This document shows positions 11,201-26,200 of a stretch of DNA of 64,000 bases, one piece after another. The position numbers and the translations under genes are program-made. The DNA is from Tubiluchus corallicola (Eukaryota > Animalia > Priapulida): contig JAQGDQ010000067.1 of NCBI GenBank assembly GCA_030141605.1, positions 248,001 to 312,000 on the forward strand, given 5' to 3'. The notes below the pieces were generated by a model, which was not told the origin of the DNA, did not search any database, and saw only the letters and a program-made list of their open reading frames with translations. Each line of letters opens with the position of its first letter. Within the stretch, counting starts at the first letter, position 1.

Positions 11201-14200
11201 TTATAAAAAGAGCATTAAATTTCTAAATATAAATATTCAAAGTCTCCTCAAAAAACACTGGCTGCTCAAAGATACAATTCATGCCACCGAAAATCTAATT
11301 GTAGACATAACAGAAACTTGACTACATAAAAAGATACTTAGCAACACTATAAAATTACCTAATCACACACTCATAAGGAGAGATAGATGTAAAAATAAGA
11401 AAGGTGGAGGGACTGCGATGTATATACCTTCACACATGAGACCACAAGAAATTAAAGGCATCAGAACCGGCAAGATTGAATATCTTTAATGCAGCATTGA
11501 GAACTATGTTATGGGAACCATATATAGACCACCCAATCTCAAACATAAAACCTTTTGTGAAATACTTAGTGAAGAACTAGAATGCAGTGTTTTCGAAAAT
11601 AAAAAAAGAGTTCTTATAATGGGAGATGTCAATCTTGATATTTTAGCTACAAAGACGCTGGCTTACAAAACATACACAAAGCTCTTAAAATATAATGTCC
11701 GCATACTTAATAACAATAAACCTACCCGAATTTCTAAAACATCGACCACAGTAACTGACCATTTCATTTCGAATAGTAACAATAATTTCGTAGCACATGA
11801 TACTTTCCTGGCTGATTATTCAGATTATCATTTCCCAAGTAAAACGTAGAAAAAATGTAGTAGATAAAATATCCCCGCAACATAACAATAACCAAAATTC
11901 AGCCAGACATTTACTGAGAGACTGAGCCCAATACAACAAACATTCATACTTAATCGATTTACCAAAAAATGAACTCGACCGCCATATATATGACTGATAA
12001 AATAGATACACAAGTAAATATTCTGATTAATAATATCGAATATTGCCTTAATGTACATGCACCATATAAAAACGTAAAACAATTCCGATTGCAAAGTAAA
12101 CTCAATAACGAAAGCACCTGGACAACACTTGAACTTGTTAAACTAAGAATAGCAAAAAACAGAATGTATAATATATGGGAAAAGTACAAAACTAAAAACA
12201 ATCATAACAATTACAAAAAACAGAAATCAGTTTAACAATCCTAATAAATGTTAGAAAAGTAAACACATACAACAACAGTGTAAAAACGCAACATATACTA
12301 AAGAAAAATGGAAATTATTAACAATGTAATAAATGAATGCCGTAACAAACTAACGCGTATTGATGAAATTAAAATCAACAACACTATTATTGCAAAGCTC
12401 AAAGATATTGCCAATGCGCTAAATGCAACATTCTTGAATCTTGGAAATTTTAGGGAGTGGCTTCTCAAATTAACAATAATATAAATAACAAATTAAAAAA
12501 CAAATCGACTAACACATTATTCTCATTCACAAGCGTCACAGTAGGAGAAATTATGGATATATTAAATAACCTAAGTTCTAACAAAGGGAGTGGACCATCA
12601 GCTATTCCTATCAAAATTCTAAAAGATAGTGCATCTGGAATAGCCCCGTATATGACTTACATTGCTAATCAGATAATTATGAGAGGCGAATTTCCAACTG
12701 TAGGTAAAATGGCAAACGTGACTCTAATCCACAAAAAAGATTCAAAATGTGACCCCATGAATTATCGCGTAATTTCCGTAATACATTGTCTTGGCAAAGT
12801 TTGGGAAAGGATTATTTATTACCAGATAAATTCATACATAAATAAACATGAACTTTTATCAAAACATCAGTTTGGCTTCCGTAATAATGATAAAACAGAA
12901 TTCATGATACTGTCACCCTCATTAGGTACTAATGACGCTGTTGTATTTGCATGAAATCTTGTGATTAGTGATGTGAGTTGGTTAGTGATGCCTGGAAAAA
13001 GAGAACACGTGTAAGAATATGGCATTTAATTTATTTTGCAGACATGATAATTTCCCTTGTTTAATGTATCATTCATTTCATTTGAAATAATAAAGTGTTG
13101 TCCAAATAGCAATTATCGAGTTGCTGTAATACTGCCAAAGATATAAAAATGGAGGACGGAATCCGATGTGGCAATAATGAAAAGATATGCCAGTGATTGA
13201 AACTGTCACTGATGTCAGATATTCGGTAAAGAATTTGTAACTGTTTTAACAATTCTACATCATTGAATATTATTAAGCCTGTGGGTTAGAAACGAAACGA
13301 ATCATCCCGCATATGTGAACTATGGTGGAAAGGGAATAGGCCCTTATAGCACATCTGAACTTTGGGAAAATTATGTCGAAAACCTATTGTGTCACCTACG
13401 AGGTTGTAAGGTAGAAAACGATAATCAGAAACATGATATATTCATCGGTACTGTAGGTGCTGAAACATTCTCCTTGTTAAAAAATTTGCTGGGGCAGGAG
13501 ATAGTAGAAGCCAAAACATACAATGAACTGACTGCACTGGTACAAAATCACAAAATGCCAAAAGCACCATGGCAGTCAGAAAGTTTGAAGTTCTTAAGTA
13601 GAAAGAGGATACTAGAACCAGAAAGTGAAAAAGAATCAGTAATGGAGTATGTGGCAGTGCTGAAAAACTTGATGCCCACCTGCCAGTATATCGAAAAAGA
13701 ATATGATAATCAGTCGTGAGATAGGCTGTTACATGGTTGCAATGATCCTGGTATGCAAACCGAAATGATAAAGGTAGAAGATAAAATGACTTTGGAAACT
13801 GCAATGTGAAGACAGCATTGATATATGAAGCCACCCAGAAACGTATTCGTGAAATGACAGATGCGAATTCTCCACTAAATACTGCCGTGGTAGTACATCG
13901 TGAAGACTGTAAATTGAAAACGAGTTTCAAACCAAAGTGTTGGCAATGAGGTGGCAGATCTCATCTTCCGGCTCTGATGTAGATAATTCGCCAAATGGTG
14001 ATAATCAGCACTCTGCATTCAATTTATTTAGGTGCGAAGTTAATGAGTGTCGAAGTACATCGAAGGTTCCACCGAATCACATAGATGTGGTTATAGCTGG
14101 AAAAGTAGTGAAAATGGAATTGGACACTGGAGCTTCATGATCTACCATCTCTGAATTGTTGTATAATAAGTTATTTAGTCACATTGCTTTATGTAAAACT

Positions 14201-17200
14201 GAATTAACTTTGCGGGGTTACTCTAATGAAGTAATTACTGTACTTGGTATTGTAGAGGTACCAGTAGATTATCAGGGGCAGTGTCATCATTTAAGATTAA
14301 CTGTTGTTAAAGACCTTCTTTATTAGGAAGGGTCTGGCTTTCTTATTTGAAACTGGATTGGAAAAATATTTTCCGTGTTTCTGAAAAGAAGGGATTTTTC
14401 CCTAAGGTTGATCGAGATTGGCCTGAAAATTTTGCGAAACTTTTGGAGAAATATCGGAACATATTTGTACCTGACAATAAAGGTATTTCAACATACAGAG
14501 TTCAAAGCAACATACAAAGCCAGTATTTCAGAAAGCCAGACCTGTTCCTTATGCACTAACTGATAAAGTAGAAAAAGAATACGAGCGCTTGATTCAAGAA
14601 GGTGTTTTATATCCATTTGAAAATAATGACTTGGCACAACTGTTGTAAATATACCAAAAGATGATGGTAATATTAGAGTTTGTGGTGACTATAAAGCAGT
14701 AAATGATGTTATTGCTGGTGATGGTTATAAATTGCCAAACACCCAAGATTTGTTTACTAAACTTTCACAGAATGGTTTCAGACCTAAGGTATTTTCTGTG
14801 CTTGATCTAAAGGTTCCTTTTAGCAACTGTTGTTGGATGAAGAGTGTAAAGTATTCGGTGTTAAATACACATAAGGGATTACTAGCTACACGTAGATTAA
14901 CTTATGGTAGCTCAAGCTCAGTTTCAAGCTACCATTAACAAAGTTTTAGCTGGTATTGAAGAATTACTTTGTTATATTGACGATATTCTTATTGCAACAG
15001 AAACATAAGAGCAGCACATGAAAGTTTTGAAAAGTTTTTGAACAATTGACAAAGTTCAATGTTAAATTGAATGAGGGGAAATGTGTATTTTTCAAGCCTG
15101 AAGTTAAATATTTGGGGCATGTACTTAATAATGATGGCATACGCCCACTAGAAAATAATATTATTGTGGAAGCACCAAGGCCCACAAATGTGTCACAATT
15201 GAAGTCGTTTTTGGGTATGGTAAACTGTTATGCCAAATTTGTGCCCAATTTGTCTTCTGAACTGCACGCTTTGTATGGTTTGTTAGGGCATACTGCTAAA
15301 TGGGCATGGTCAAAAGCATGTGAGGAGGCTTTCTTGTTTGCTAAAGAGTCATTGTTAAGTGCTCAGGTTCTTGTACATTTTGATTCTCAGAAGCCGCCAA
15401 TCTTAATTAAATGTAGATGCTTCTCCTTTTGGCTTAGGAGCAGTTTTGAGCCACAAGATGGAAGACGGGTCGGATAGACCTATTGCTTTTGCATCTAGGA
15501 CCTTAAGTTCTGCTGAAAAAAATTACGCTCAAATTGAAAAAGGTGTGTCGATAATTTTTGGTGTAAAGCATTTCCATATGTATCTGTATAGGCAAAAATT
15601 CACTTTAGTGACGAACCATAAGCCTCTGACTTGAATTTTTAATCCTAAGACTAGCATTCCTACTCTGGCTGCTGCCAGGACGCAAAGACGGGCTCTAATT
15701 TTGTCAGGATATCAGTATGATATTGTGTACCGTTCGAGTAATGCAAATGCTAATGCTGATATGTTGAGTAGATTCCCAGTTAATAATCATGCTACTGCTG
15801 ACCCTGATAAGCATTGGAATTGTCATTTTATTGTTGATAATCTGCCAATAACCTCTAGTGAGATTGCAAGTGTAACTGCCAAGGATTCTTTCTTGTACTG
15901 AGTGTATGAGTATACTTTATCTAGTTGGCCAATTGAAGTGGATAAAATTTTCTCTCCATTTCAGCGTAAAGATGAATTGTCAGTTGAGGATGGATGTCTT
16001 CTCTGGGGTAGGAGAGTAGTTGTTCCTGTACATTTGCAGAAAAGAATGCTACTTGAACTTCATGATTGCCACCCAGGTGTTACTTGAACGAAGGCTTTGG
16101 CGAGGTGATTCATCTGGTGGCCAGGTTTAGATCAGGACGTAGAAGAAATTGTTCGGACTTGTCAACAATGTTCAGACTTGTGTAAGAACCCTAAGCCTGT
16201 TCCTCTTTTGTTGTGGCCCTGGTCCACAGAACCCTGGCAAAGGATTCATGTAGACTTCGCAGAAGTTAGAGGTCAGATGTTTTTCTTAGTTGTTGATAGC
16301 TTTTCTAAATGGCTAAAGGTTTTTCCGGTGACAAGTACTACTTCGTCTGCTACTATTATAGCTTTGAGAACCTTATTTGCAAAATTTGGCCTTCCCCAAG
16401 GATTAGTTTCAGATGATGGACCCCTATTCATTTCAGAAGATTTCAAGTTGTTTTTACAGCAAAATGATATCGAACACACTCTATGCCCACCATGCCACAC
16501 TTCAAGTAATGGGCTAGCTGAAGAGAGTTCCTAGAACTGTGTTGTCTTTAGTTAAACCTAGCTTGCAGTGTAAGGTAGAACGTAAACAAGAGGCAAGTAA
16601 ACTACATCGTGATGGTAAAAACCCTAAATCTCATGTATACAGTTTGTGTCAACATGTTAAAGTTCGAAATTTGAGAGGAGGTGGAGAAAAGTGGATTCCC
16701 GGTATAATAACTGAATTCAAGGGTCCTCATACGTACTTAGTTAAACTACCTGGTAAGAACTGTTCGATTTGTGCATGCTTATCATTTTATACATGATGAT
16801 GCAAGAAGTGATTGTGAACTGAAAGTTGGCAAAGAGCCACATGTTAAATCTAGTGTAATTGAACCAAAATCAGTTGTAATGTTACAGCCCCATGTACAGT
16901 TACATCCCGATATTACGACGCCCTCTACTACTACTGTAAACACTTCTGTAGAACCAATTGTAAACCCAAAACCTTTTGTAGTGAAAGGACCAGACACATG
17001 TAAAGATGTGTTACCTGTTGAATCACGAAATGCTATTCCTGTCGAGGAAAATCCTAACCCTACCTCGAGAAGGTCAAAAAGAACCATCGTTGCTCTAAAA
17101 CAGCTGAATTTGTAATCAATTTTGCAGCTTGATGACACAGATGTATTAGATATGATTTGTTTTGCTATCCTATATAGAGCAAACATATGCTAGTTACAAG

Positions 17201-20200
17201 TTACAGTTTAATGTTAACCAGTTTCAAATGTTACTGTTCACGCTGCACATTTTCATTTGAGGATGAGGTTCACCCAAACCTTATGAGAAATTTTTGTGTT
17301 GCAAATTGCAATGTATGTGTTTTATTTTAGAGTGAATTTCTTATGTTTAGTTTTATATGCAGGATCACATGTAGGTGAAATCTTGTGATTAGTGATGTTA
17401 GTTAGTTAGCGACGCCTGGAAAAAGAGAACATGTAAGAATATGGCATTCAGATTTACATGATAATTTTCCCTGTTTAACGTATTATTCATTTCATTTGAA
17501 ATAATAATGTGTTGTCCAAATAGCAATTATCGAGTTGATGTAATATTGCCAAAGTAAAAAAGACGCGTCATCAACCACTTTGACAATAGATAATGCTGTA
17601 ATAAAACAAACTAATAATGTTAAATTTCTGGGCATACAGGTTGACAACGATCTTTCACGGGATGAACACTTTAATAACATATACACAAAAATGGCATCTA
17701 GCACATCATATCTCCGATAAGTTAAAGGGCAACTAACACTACAAACTAAGACACTAACATACAAAACTTTAATTTTACCACACTTCTTATATGGATGTAC
17801 ACTACTTCAAAAGACCAAAAGAGAAAATTAAATCTCCTTCAGAACTATGCATTGAGATTGATAGGTGGGTACTCATACAAACGTAAGTCAGGTAGACAAA
17901 AATTCAAAGCTTCAACAACTTACCTAAGAAAAACTTTAAAACTTCCAATCACTGAAGCACACAAAGAATATTTTACTCTGCTCTTTATACTTAAATACAT
18001 TAACAACATCAGCAAACCATTCCAAAATAACAGATTTACCTTTTCTCCAAATTCTATCGAAAATTCCAGAACAAGTAATCTAAAACAAATTAGGGCAAAT
18101 ACCGACTATGGAACGAACTCTGTAATCAAGCAAACAATTCTACTTTGGAATTCTCTACCATTACAGGTTAAACAAATCAGGTCCCTATCAGCATTTAAAA
18201 CAAAATTAAAATCATTAATATTAACCAGATATGAAATACCATCACACCAGTATGACAATATACACAGTAATTCAGAATTGATATATCCACGGCCAAATTA
18301 ATTAAATCATAATTTTTAATATTTGTGAATTGTTGTAAATACATTTTTATTATTTTTATATTTATTAATTTTTATTAAGTTTAATTAAGCATGACCAAGT
18401 GAATGCTTAAGTTTATTTAATTAAGTTTAATTAAGTTTTTATTAAAACTGATTGTTCATCTCTGTAAAGTTTTTATTCAGTGATTATCAATATATTTTAA
18501 TGGCAAATAAAGATTATTGTATAACATCTTTGTAATGCCAGCTAACAGTACTTTGACCAGCACTGATCTTGAAACTATATAACATGCTAAAATTTCACAA
18601 AAATGCGATTAGCTACTACTTTCTATAAAAACTGATTCAAAGCTTATAATCTGTAGTAACTGGAGGTTATAAACCAACCTTTTCCTTTGCCGTTGCCAAC
18701 CATTGCTTCATGTTTTTCAATAGCAAGATCGTAGTTCGCGGGATTTTGATAAAGCTTTCCAGGCTGTGGCCCGGTCTCATTGTCTGTTTGTTTCAGTCTG
18801 TAAATTATCATAGTTATAGTTAGAATTAGAATTTTAATTTAATGTCTTTCATAACTTGAAACCAAAATTGACTTATTTTTGTAATTTGCATGTAACAAAA
18901 ACTTTTTAAACTACTTTTAAGACGCTCCAGTATTAATAAGTCATTATTTTTAGATAAAGACCTTTTATTAATAAACGAATAACAAAACAAAATTTTTCAT
19001 ACAAAAATATGTTGTTGAAATTATCTCAATCCGAAATTATCGCAATTATCCCTCAGCATTGTTTTAGTAAAAATGTTACAGCAATAATAGTACACAATAA
19101 TGCTTACGGCTTGATTTTTCTCCGACTAATGCAGCATTCAAGAAAAGAAGTGTAAAAATAGAGCTATAAATAAAAACTGTGCAAAAGGTCCACATAAATC
19201 TACAATAATAAATAGCTTAAGCAAACTTACATAGCAGAGGCCAAGTAGTTAAGACTATGAACGGTGCTATTCTAGTGTGTATATTTCATGGTGTATTTGA
19301 ATTTGTTACATCTTAAGAATTAGTGCTCACCGTTGTTTAACAAATAATGTTGGCTGTTATTTTTTTACCATGAATTACAAGGGACACACGTTATTTCACC
19401 ATTAAGCTATTTCTTCTCATCTGGCTCTTAAAAAACAAGTTTAACTATTCATGAGGTGGAGTATGTAGTGTCCGGAATTAGTGGCGCACTTTGCTTGTAA
19501 ATGCGGTATGGCTCACGACAAAGTGTGCAGAGCAAGAGAAAGAGCACAAGATCAGAACGATGACATTCTAAATGACATATTTGAACTTCTATTGAATTTA
19601 TTACTTATAATTAAATGTTAAACAAGACTCTTATTTTGCTTTTCAATACATTATGGAATAATTAGCTGAGTGTTCATGTGCATAAGTTTCCTACTGAAAT
19701 CTGATCTGTAACAGCCAGAGTTACTTAAGAGCAGTAAGGTTTCAGTTGTGTCAACACTCCCCTCTGTCACATTGCTTACATCCTATTTGTGATGTAGGCA
19801 TTACTACTTAACTGTTAGCTTCTGCCCAATCTGGGCTTCCCTGTTGTAAACCAGCTGTAACATTACCATCTTTAGCTGATGAGTCTGTTGTTATGAAACT
19901 TCTTTACTGTTTCCAATAAAATAGTTTATTTTGCCTAAATCTGTGCAGTTTTGATGTTTCCTGTTAGTGGCCTTAAATACTCAAGCTGGGTGGTTTTATT
20001 TGCTCAGCTGAATGACGGGTTCCAGCTTGCACAATGTGTGCCCAAATGTGTAAACAAAAAAATTTCAAAATTAACTTAAGCATGAATTTACATGTTCACA
20101 TAAATTTGCATAAAAATGCAAAATCCAAATCAAAAGTAGTTTCAAGTGAGAACACCCCTTTAGGTTCTCTAACCTATCTCTTATCTTGAAATAATCAGAC

Positions 20201-23200
20201 TAATAAAAAATACCTTACACATTTAAGAAATTAAAAGCATAATTAGCTGCCCTGTTAGTTGATCATTTAGACAAAACTTTGAAATGTTTGCAATCACTTC
20301 AAAAAAATCAGAAAGGACTTACTGGCGAATGAGAAAAACAGCAAGAAGAAGAATAACAATGAACATTATTCCAGCAATAGCAGCTAGTATGATGATAATT
20401 GAAAACTGAGCTGTCCTGGGGTTTTGAACTGGCTCGTGCATTGGTGTCCCTGAAAAGAAACCTGCCTATTAATTGAATGTATAGTGAACTACAGACAGCA
20501 TAATAACAACAGATAAAGACTCTAGTGCTAGATTTTGCTAGTTTTGTGGCTGTGAAATTTTGGTGGGACTGTTTAATTGATGTATTCAGCTATAATCAAT
20601 TTACGCTTTTATTTCTGATCAACGATTATTTGTTTCAGGTGCCGATGCAAACTGATTGCACTACGAATGACATTTGCACTTATTTTTTGGAAAAACCACA
20701 AAAATTGCACAATAAACATAGCTGTCATTGCAGTGAAATCAAGCAACACTACCTTTGCACAAATACTTACCACCCTGCTTAGATGTCTGCTTAGATCAGA
20801 CAGTTTCTCATTAGCAAAAGCAAGTGATTTTAGGTGTACCCGCTTTCTTGTAAAATACCAGAAAATAGCATTTCTCGTTCTGGCAGTTCCACAGCAAATG
20901 AGACAACAAAGGTTATACACAATCACACATCATTAAATTGCGCACAAAGTAAATTGTGAACCTATTACAGTTTCTACGTGGGCACAAACAAAAAATTGGA
21001 CACCACCAAGGCTGCCTGCAAACTATGTAGAAATGTACACAAACAAAGGTTAGCAGTGTCAAGCTTTTAGTGTCAATAATTCTGTCTTTCCTCAATGCCT
21101 GGTTCTTTTTGTTTCCTCTCTCCTACAAGCCTGCCACCCTTTTCCTTACCTAAAACAATTTCAAAATTACTAGTTTTTAAGCCGAAACCAATTATAATCG
21201 ACTACAGAATCTATTAGTGTCCGACTAATCGATTATGAATATCAAATGGACAACAATTAGCTTCCAAAGAGTAAGCTTTCGATGAACTCAGCCAGTTCAA
21301 TTACAGCTGGCTGAAAATCAGTCATGACGAATGAGTTTGGCCAGTCAGTTTAGCAAGTCCTTTAGCTGCATGAGGCTTGTTTGGTTAAGTAAGTTCAAGA
21401 ATGTTTGATGACCATTGATCATCAGCACTAGAGACAAAAATTACTTCAACCAAATGAGTGTCATCGATCATGTCAGCAAGCTAGAGTTAGTGGAGCTCTG
21501 AGGAAATAGCTTGGCTTATTATAGTCAGCTGTTCATTTATCCTTAAGACCCTCTAAACCGTGCTGGAAGCCAGTTTGGGGAAGGTACATAGTAACAATAA
21601 ATTCAGTAACAGTAAATTCAATAAAGTAAAAAATCAGCAGAATATGATATGATTAAGTATTAATTTTTATAGAGATACACTTACCAAGTGAAGGTAAAGT
21701 GACAAGAATTTCTGCTACTGAACATCGCTGTTGTTCTCCGAGCGCATCATTTGGCCTATTGCATGCCATGACACTAAACTCACAACTTCCCAAATGCAAC
21801 TTCTTGATCAAATTTGTTGTGAATATCTCTCCTTTGTTGTTGATTTCAAAATATCTATAAACAGAAAAATTCTTAAATTTGAACTTTGTATTTGTAAGGT
21901 AGGTAATTAAATCAAGGAAGGCAAGAAAACACTGGAAAAAAGAGTAACTATGTTTCAGTTAGATCTCATGCCAAAAAACTAACAGTGTGAATTACTGCAG
22001 CAATAATGCAGATACATCCTATACCATCGAATAGGCCTGCCTTTATACCCTTTAGCTGGCAGCACAACTAGTTAATTTGAGTTTACCTGATGGATGCCCC
22101 ATGTCAGTGAAAACTAAGTAAACATTAACATGTTTAATAGGCCTACATAATCTCTTTAATAATAAATGTAGCTTACTCTTTGTATCCCACAATAGAATAT
22201 TCTATCAAGGCTCTGCTATCGGCTAGATCGAATGCCTCTACCAAACCAATGATGATTCCCTCTGTTCGATTGCTGCTAAACTGATACATTGACTGTGTAA
22301 ACACCGGATTTTTTTTATTAGTTTTTACAACCGTAACTTCAATGCTAGCTTCACCTGTAAATTTCCCATCACTTGCTACAGCAATGAACTCATACAAACT
22401 TTTAACACTGGCATCTAAATTTGACGTTGTTTTCATTAATCCCTCAGCCGTCATTTCAAAATCAACAAGTTCATCACCATCTTTCGCCTGTAGGCTGTAA
22501 GTTATGTCACTTTCATCAGCATCAGTGGCAGAAACCTGCAGGACAGTGGTTCCAACTGGTGCATTCTCCATAACATTTATGGGATACACTTCATAATCAA
22601 ATGAAGGTGCATTGTCATTAATACCCTCAACAGTGACATGTAAAGAAGCTGTGGAATAACGATCTTCATTGAGTTCCTCCATAGCTTTGATGAGGATGAA
22701 GTATTCTGTATTGCGAACCAGCTTTCCAGCAACAGTTATAATTCCTGTTTTTGTATTTATTTGAAATTTTCCATCAATTTGTGACTCTGCAAAATAACAC
22801 AGTACAAGATGTGAATGCAAATATGCTTTAGTCTTCTTTACACTTATTACTAAAAAATGAATTATTGTCAGTTGAAGTACTGAAGGGTATTTTTTGACTA
22901 CCAGTGATTAACAAACCCCCAAAAAACAATAATTAGTTCATTTATAACACAGTCCCAAGTACAATACAGCAGGGCCCAGAGCTGACTATACGCTTTGTGC
23001 GTATGAACGATTTATGCATGCTTAAGGAACTAGTTGCAATTCATGTATCAATCGTAAATATGAACTGCTTAAGTGCACTTGTGCAAGAGATTTAGTTCTA
23101 CTCCACATATTGCACTTATGAGAAAACTTAAGCATACGTAGGGATTTAAGTGCAATTCACAAAACTCAAAACTGCTCTAGAAGAGTGCCTAAAGTTACGA

Positions 23201-26200
23201 GTTCATGTTGTTCATTAGTTCCCATTATTGCCACGTTTCTTCACAATTCTGCAATGTCACACTCATCTATTGCTTCCACATGGTGAGAGCTTGGCACAAT
23301 TGGTGTATTGCCACCTGCTGAGCAGGATGATTTTGATCTAAATGTAAGTCATGATGGAAAGTGTTACTCTACTTTGGACTGGCCCTGAACATCAGTCATT
23401 TTCTCTAAAACAGGCTAGCTGATGTGTTTGCTCTTTCTTCAAACGACTTGAAGGAGTGACAGACTGCTCTTAAGGAGTGACAGACTGCAGGTATCGCTGA
23501 GTCTTCTAGCACCAAAGGTGGAAATTTTCTTCCTCATAGAAGTGGCCTATGAGCGGTGAAAAGGGGCATAAACTTTGTGTAGTTTATAAGCCAACAACCC
23601 AGCTGATCTTCCTCTCTGGCGATCAGACATAGCCCAGTCTCCCAATTATGGCAGTTTGGGGGGGGGGGGCAACTTTTCTGAAAGACAGCAACTGTGCTGC
23701 CAAACCCATCTTTCTTTGTCCTTGTACTGGTTCATCTAAAGTCTCTTGCTGAGTGAGATGGACACTCTCCTTGCTACCCATAGATTCAATCACAGAGGTA
23801 TTGATCAATCAGTCTTATACAGCAATAATTTCTCTGCCTTCCATCGTCTAGTCAGATCACTAAAGCTCACCTGTGCTATGGTACACACAATGCACTTGTG
23901 GGTGGTTCTCTTGCTGAGTGAGATGGACACTCTCCCTGCTATCCATAGATTCAATGCTCGTAGAGGTATTGATCAATCAGTCTTATACTGTAATCATTTC
24001 TCTTCCTTCCATCATCTTGCCAGGTCAACAAAGTGCACTGTAATATGGAAGTTCAACCTAGAACCAGTACCAGTGAGGCTGCTTCTCAGAGAGGATGGTC
24101 GGAACCGTCAAACATGCATGTTGTAAGACATTCAGGAATACCAATTTGTCTTACAGCTTACATCTTCGCACTTGACTGAGCTTGAAGAGCAAATCAACTG
24201 TCACCCCTCGCCACCAACAATGGCGACGGGGCTGTCCTAACCCTTGAACATTTTCATATGATCCACCGCTTCTTAGTTTGCCTGTGTATCACTGTCTGTC
24301 TAAAATTCACTGGACATTAGAAACACTGTTTGATGACAGACACCCACTTGCGGATTCGTGACCAGTATCTTTTTAACCTGCATACTTGACATAGGCATGA
24401 CAACAAGCAAGGTGTCATCCCACTCGTGAGATACATTGTGCTGGTGCAGTCCCAGCTGCATTCCTCACAAGCATATTGGCCTTTTGAAGGGGTCATTCCT
24501 GGTAAAGATGGTAGACCTCGTGACGCCGTTCTTCATGTCAGAGGATGACAGACAGAGACCGATTAGTCTCTTTATCCATTAGAAAATGGTGCTGTCTCAC
24601 TATTTACACCCAAACATCTTCCTAATCCTGAACTTGACTCCGATCTGGATTCCTTGAATATCCCTGCCAATCCCTCACCTCAGGAAGAGTACCCACTGTG
24701 GGCACCAGGTTAATTTGCCTGCTCGTTATCTAACGATACCCTCTGGTCCGATGTTTATTACCGCCCATGCCTGAATATGACTTATTCTAACTTGTGCCAT
24801 TTAAACTCCTAATGTAGTATTACATTTCCAATTTGTAACTTTTGCAATGTTTTGTAATGTGTTTAGTCAGTTAGTCAGTGTTCGTTTCATTATTCATAAT
24901 ACCATGGCATTGAAAATTGCATGTGCTAAATCTAACTGAATTTTTGTAGCTTTGTACCATTTAACCTATTTTTTAGTTAAAATGATTAGGTTCTATTTAG
25001 TGGGGCGGTGATGTGAAGTTTAGTGTAGTGGTCGTAGTGGTGGGTATACGTGACTTTCATTGTTCGTAACAATGATGATGACCTTCGGTTGCTAGGTAAC
25101 GCTAAATGACGGAATTGTACAAGAAAGCTGTAATAGATGTAGTAGTTTTGTTCGCGTTAGACGGAATGCAGAAGTTTGTCAATAAAAGATCATGCTTTTA
25201 CATACAGTTCTCTTGAGTAATTGAAGAAGGTTATAATGGTGCTGTTGTGTAGTTTTTAAGTTTAATGTTTTGAAATTAATCTAGTGAACAGTCGGCACAA
25301 AAATCTGTGTTTGTGCTCCGTGACTGTGTTCCAATTAGCAATGATGCTGACGTCTAACCTGCGTCCACAACTCCATATCAATTACCATGAGATCTGCTTA
25401 CATTTCTGGAGGGAGGATGGGCTCCTCCCACGATGAGTTAAGACGTACTACTTTTAGTTTTGCATCAACGTCAAACACTCAGATAATTGGAGTGTACACT
25501 AAGCAATTGTTGTCTGTCATTGAACTAGATTTTTTCTGGAACTATCACCCTATCTACTCTACCTACTTTCAAGAATTTTTTACAATGACCAATATGCTAA
25601 AGCTACATTTCTGGTTCCTTGACAGAGAACCACCATCTTCTCTTTGCTGTTATATTTTACAATGACTAATATGCTAAAGCTACATTTCAGGTTCCTCGAC
25701 AGAGAACCACCATCTTCTCTTTGGTGTTATATGCCACATTCCTAACTTTTATATGACTTAAGAATAGACTAACCAATGGGAAAGCTGTACAAAATTGGAC
25801 TGTTAATTCCAGTGTCCTGATCCAAGGCATATATGACATTTGGACTTATGTCCAGTGGAGTTCCCTAAAACAAAAGAAATAAAACATTTTTCACATGTAT
25901 GTTGCTAGTAAATTTTTTCATCTTTGTTAAATAAATTGCAACATTCAATAAACTTTTCTGACAACAGTAAACTACACAGTTTATGCTAACACGTGCCTAG
26001 ACAAGTAACAACTAAATCATCCTGTGTTGAAATGGATGTCAATCACTGCTTAGTACCCAATAAATTTTTTACTACTCATTGATCAGAAAACTCAGCGAAG
26101 GCAGACATACAATTTTCAGCTGACACCTACTTTTGATTTAATGACTACTTTGCTTCACCTTATGACTAAAGGTTGCAACAGCCAAAATTTAATAAGAGTA

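Larger units (their letters stand above)
12952..17554 (+). mobile_element. Near-full-length decayed Ty3/Gypsy retrotransposon with two LTRs
   Basis: Gag at 13315, protease MELDTGAS at about 14113-14140, RT (RVCGDYK, CYIDDIL, YLGH), RNase H (RPIAFASRTLSSAEKNYAQIE), integrase (LHDCHPG, PWQRIHVDFA, SNGLAE). Domain order is PR-RT-RH-IN. PBS-like TGGAGGACG at 13150. Confidence 0.93.
8900..18520 (+). mobile_element. CR1/L2-group LINE (ORF1 with SGNH esterase; ORF2 with 2A-like leader, EN and RT), split by a Gypsy insertion at 12952-17554
   Basis: ORF1 remnants LVLGDSR, ACGVND, RDSLH. ORF2 LLLILGGIKTNPEP, NINIQSL, GTIYRPP, MGDVNLD, PTRIS...DH, NYRVIS, HQFGFR. Resumes at 17555 with KFLGIQVDNDL...LILPH...WNSLP...FKTKLK. 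AATAAA tail at about 18505. Confidence 0.9.

Noticed and set aside
18720-18755. YQNPANY as a canonical NPxY motif
   Set aside because: The spacing is NPxxY, so it does not match NPxY.
20525-21095. Overlapping 60-105 aa ORFs between the TM and EC5 exons
   Set aside because: No motifs are present, and the flanking exons already join in phase without them.
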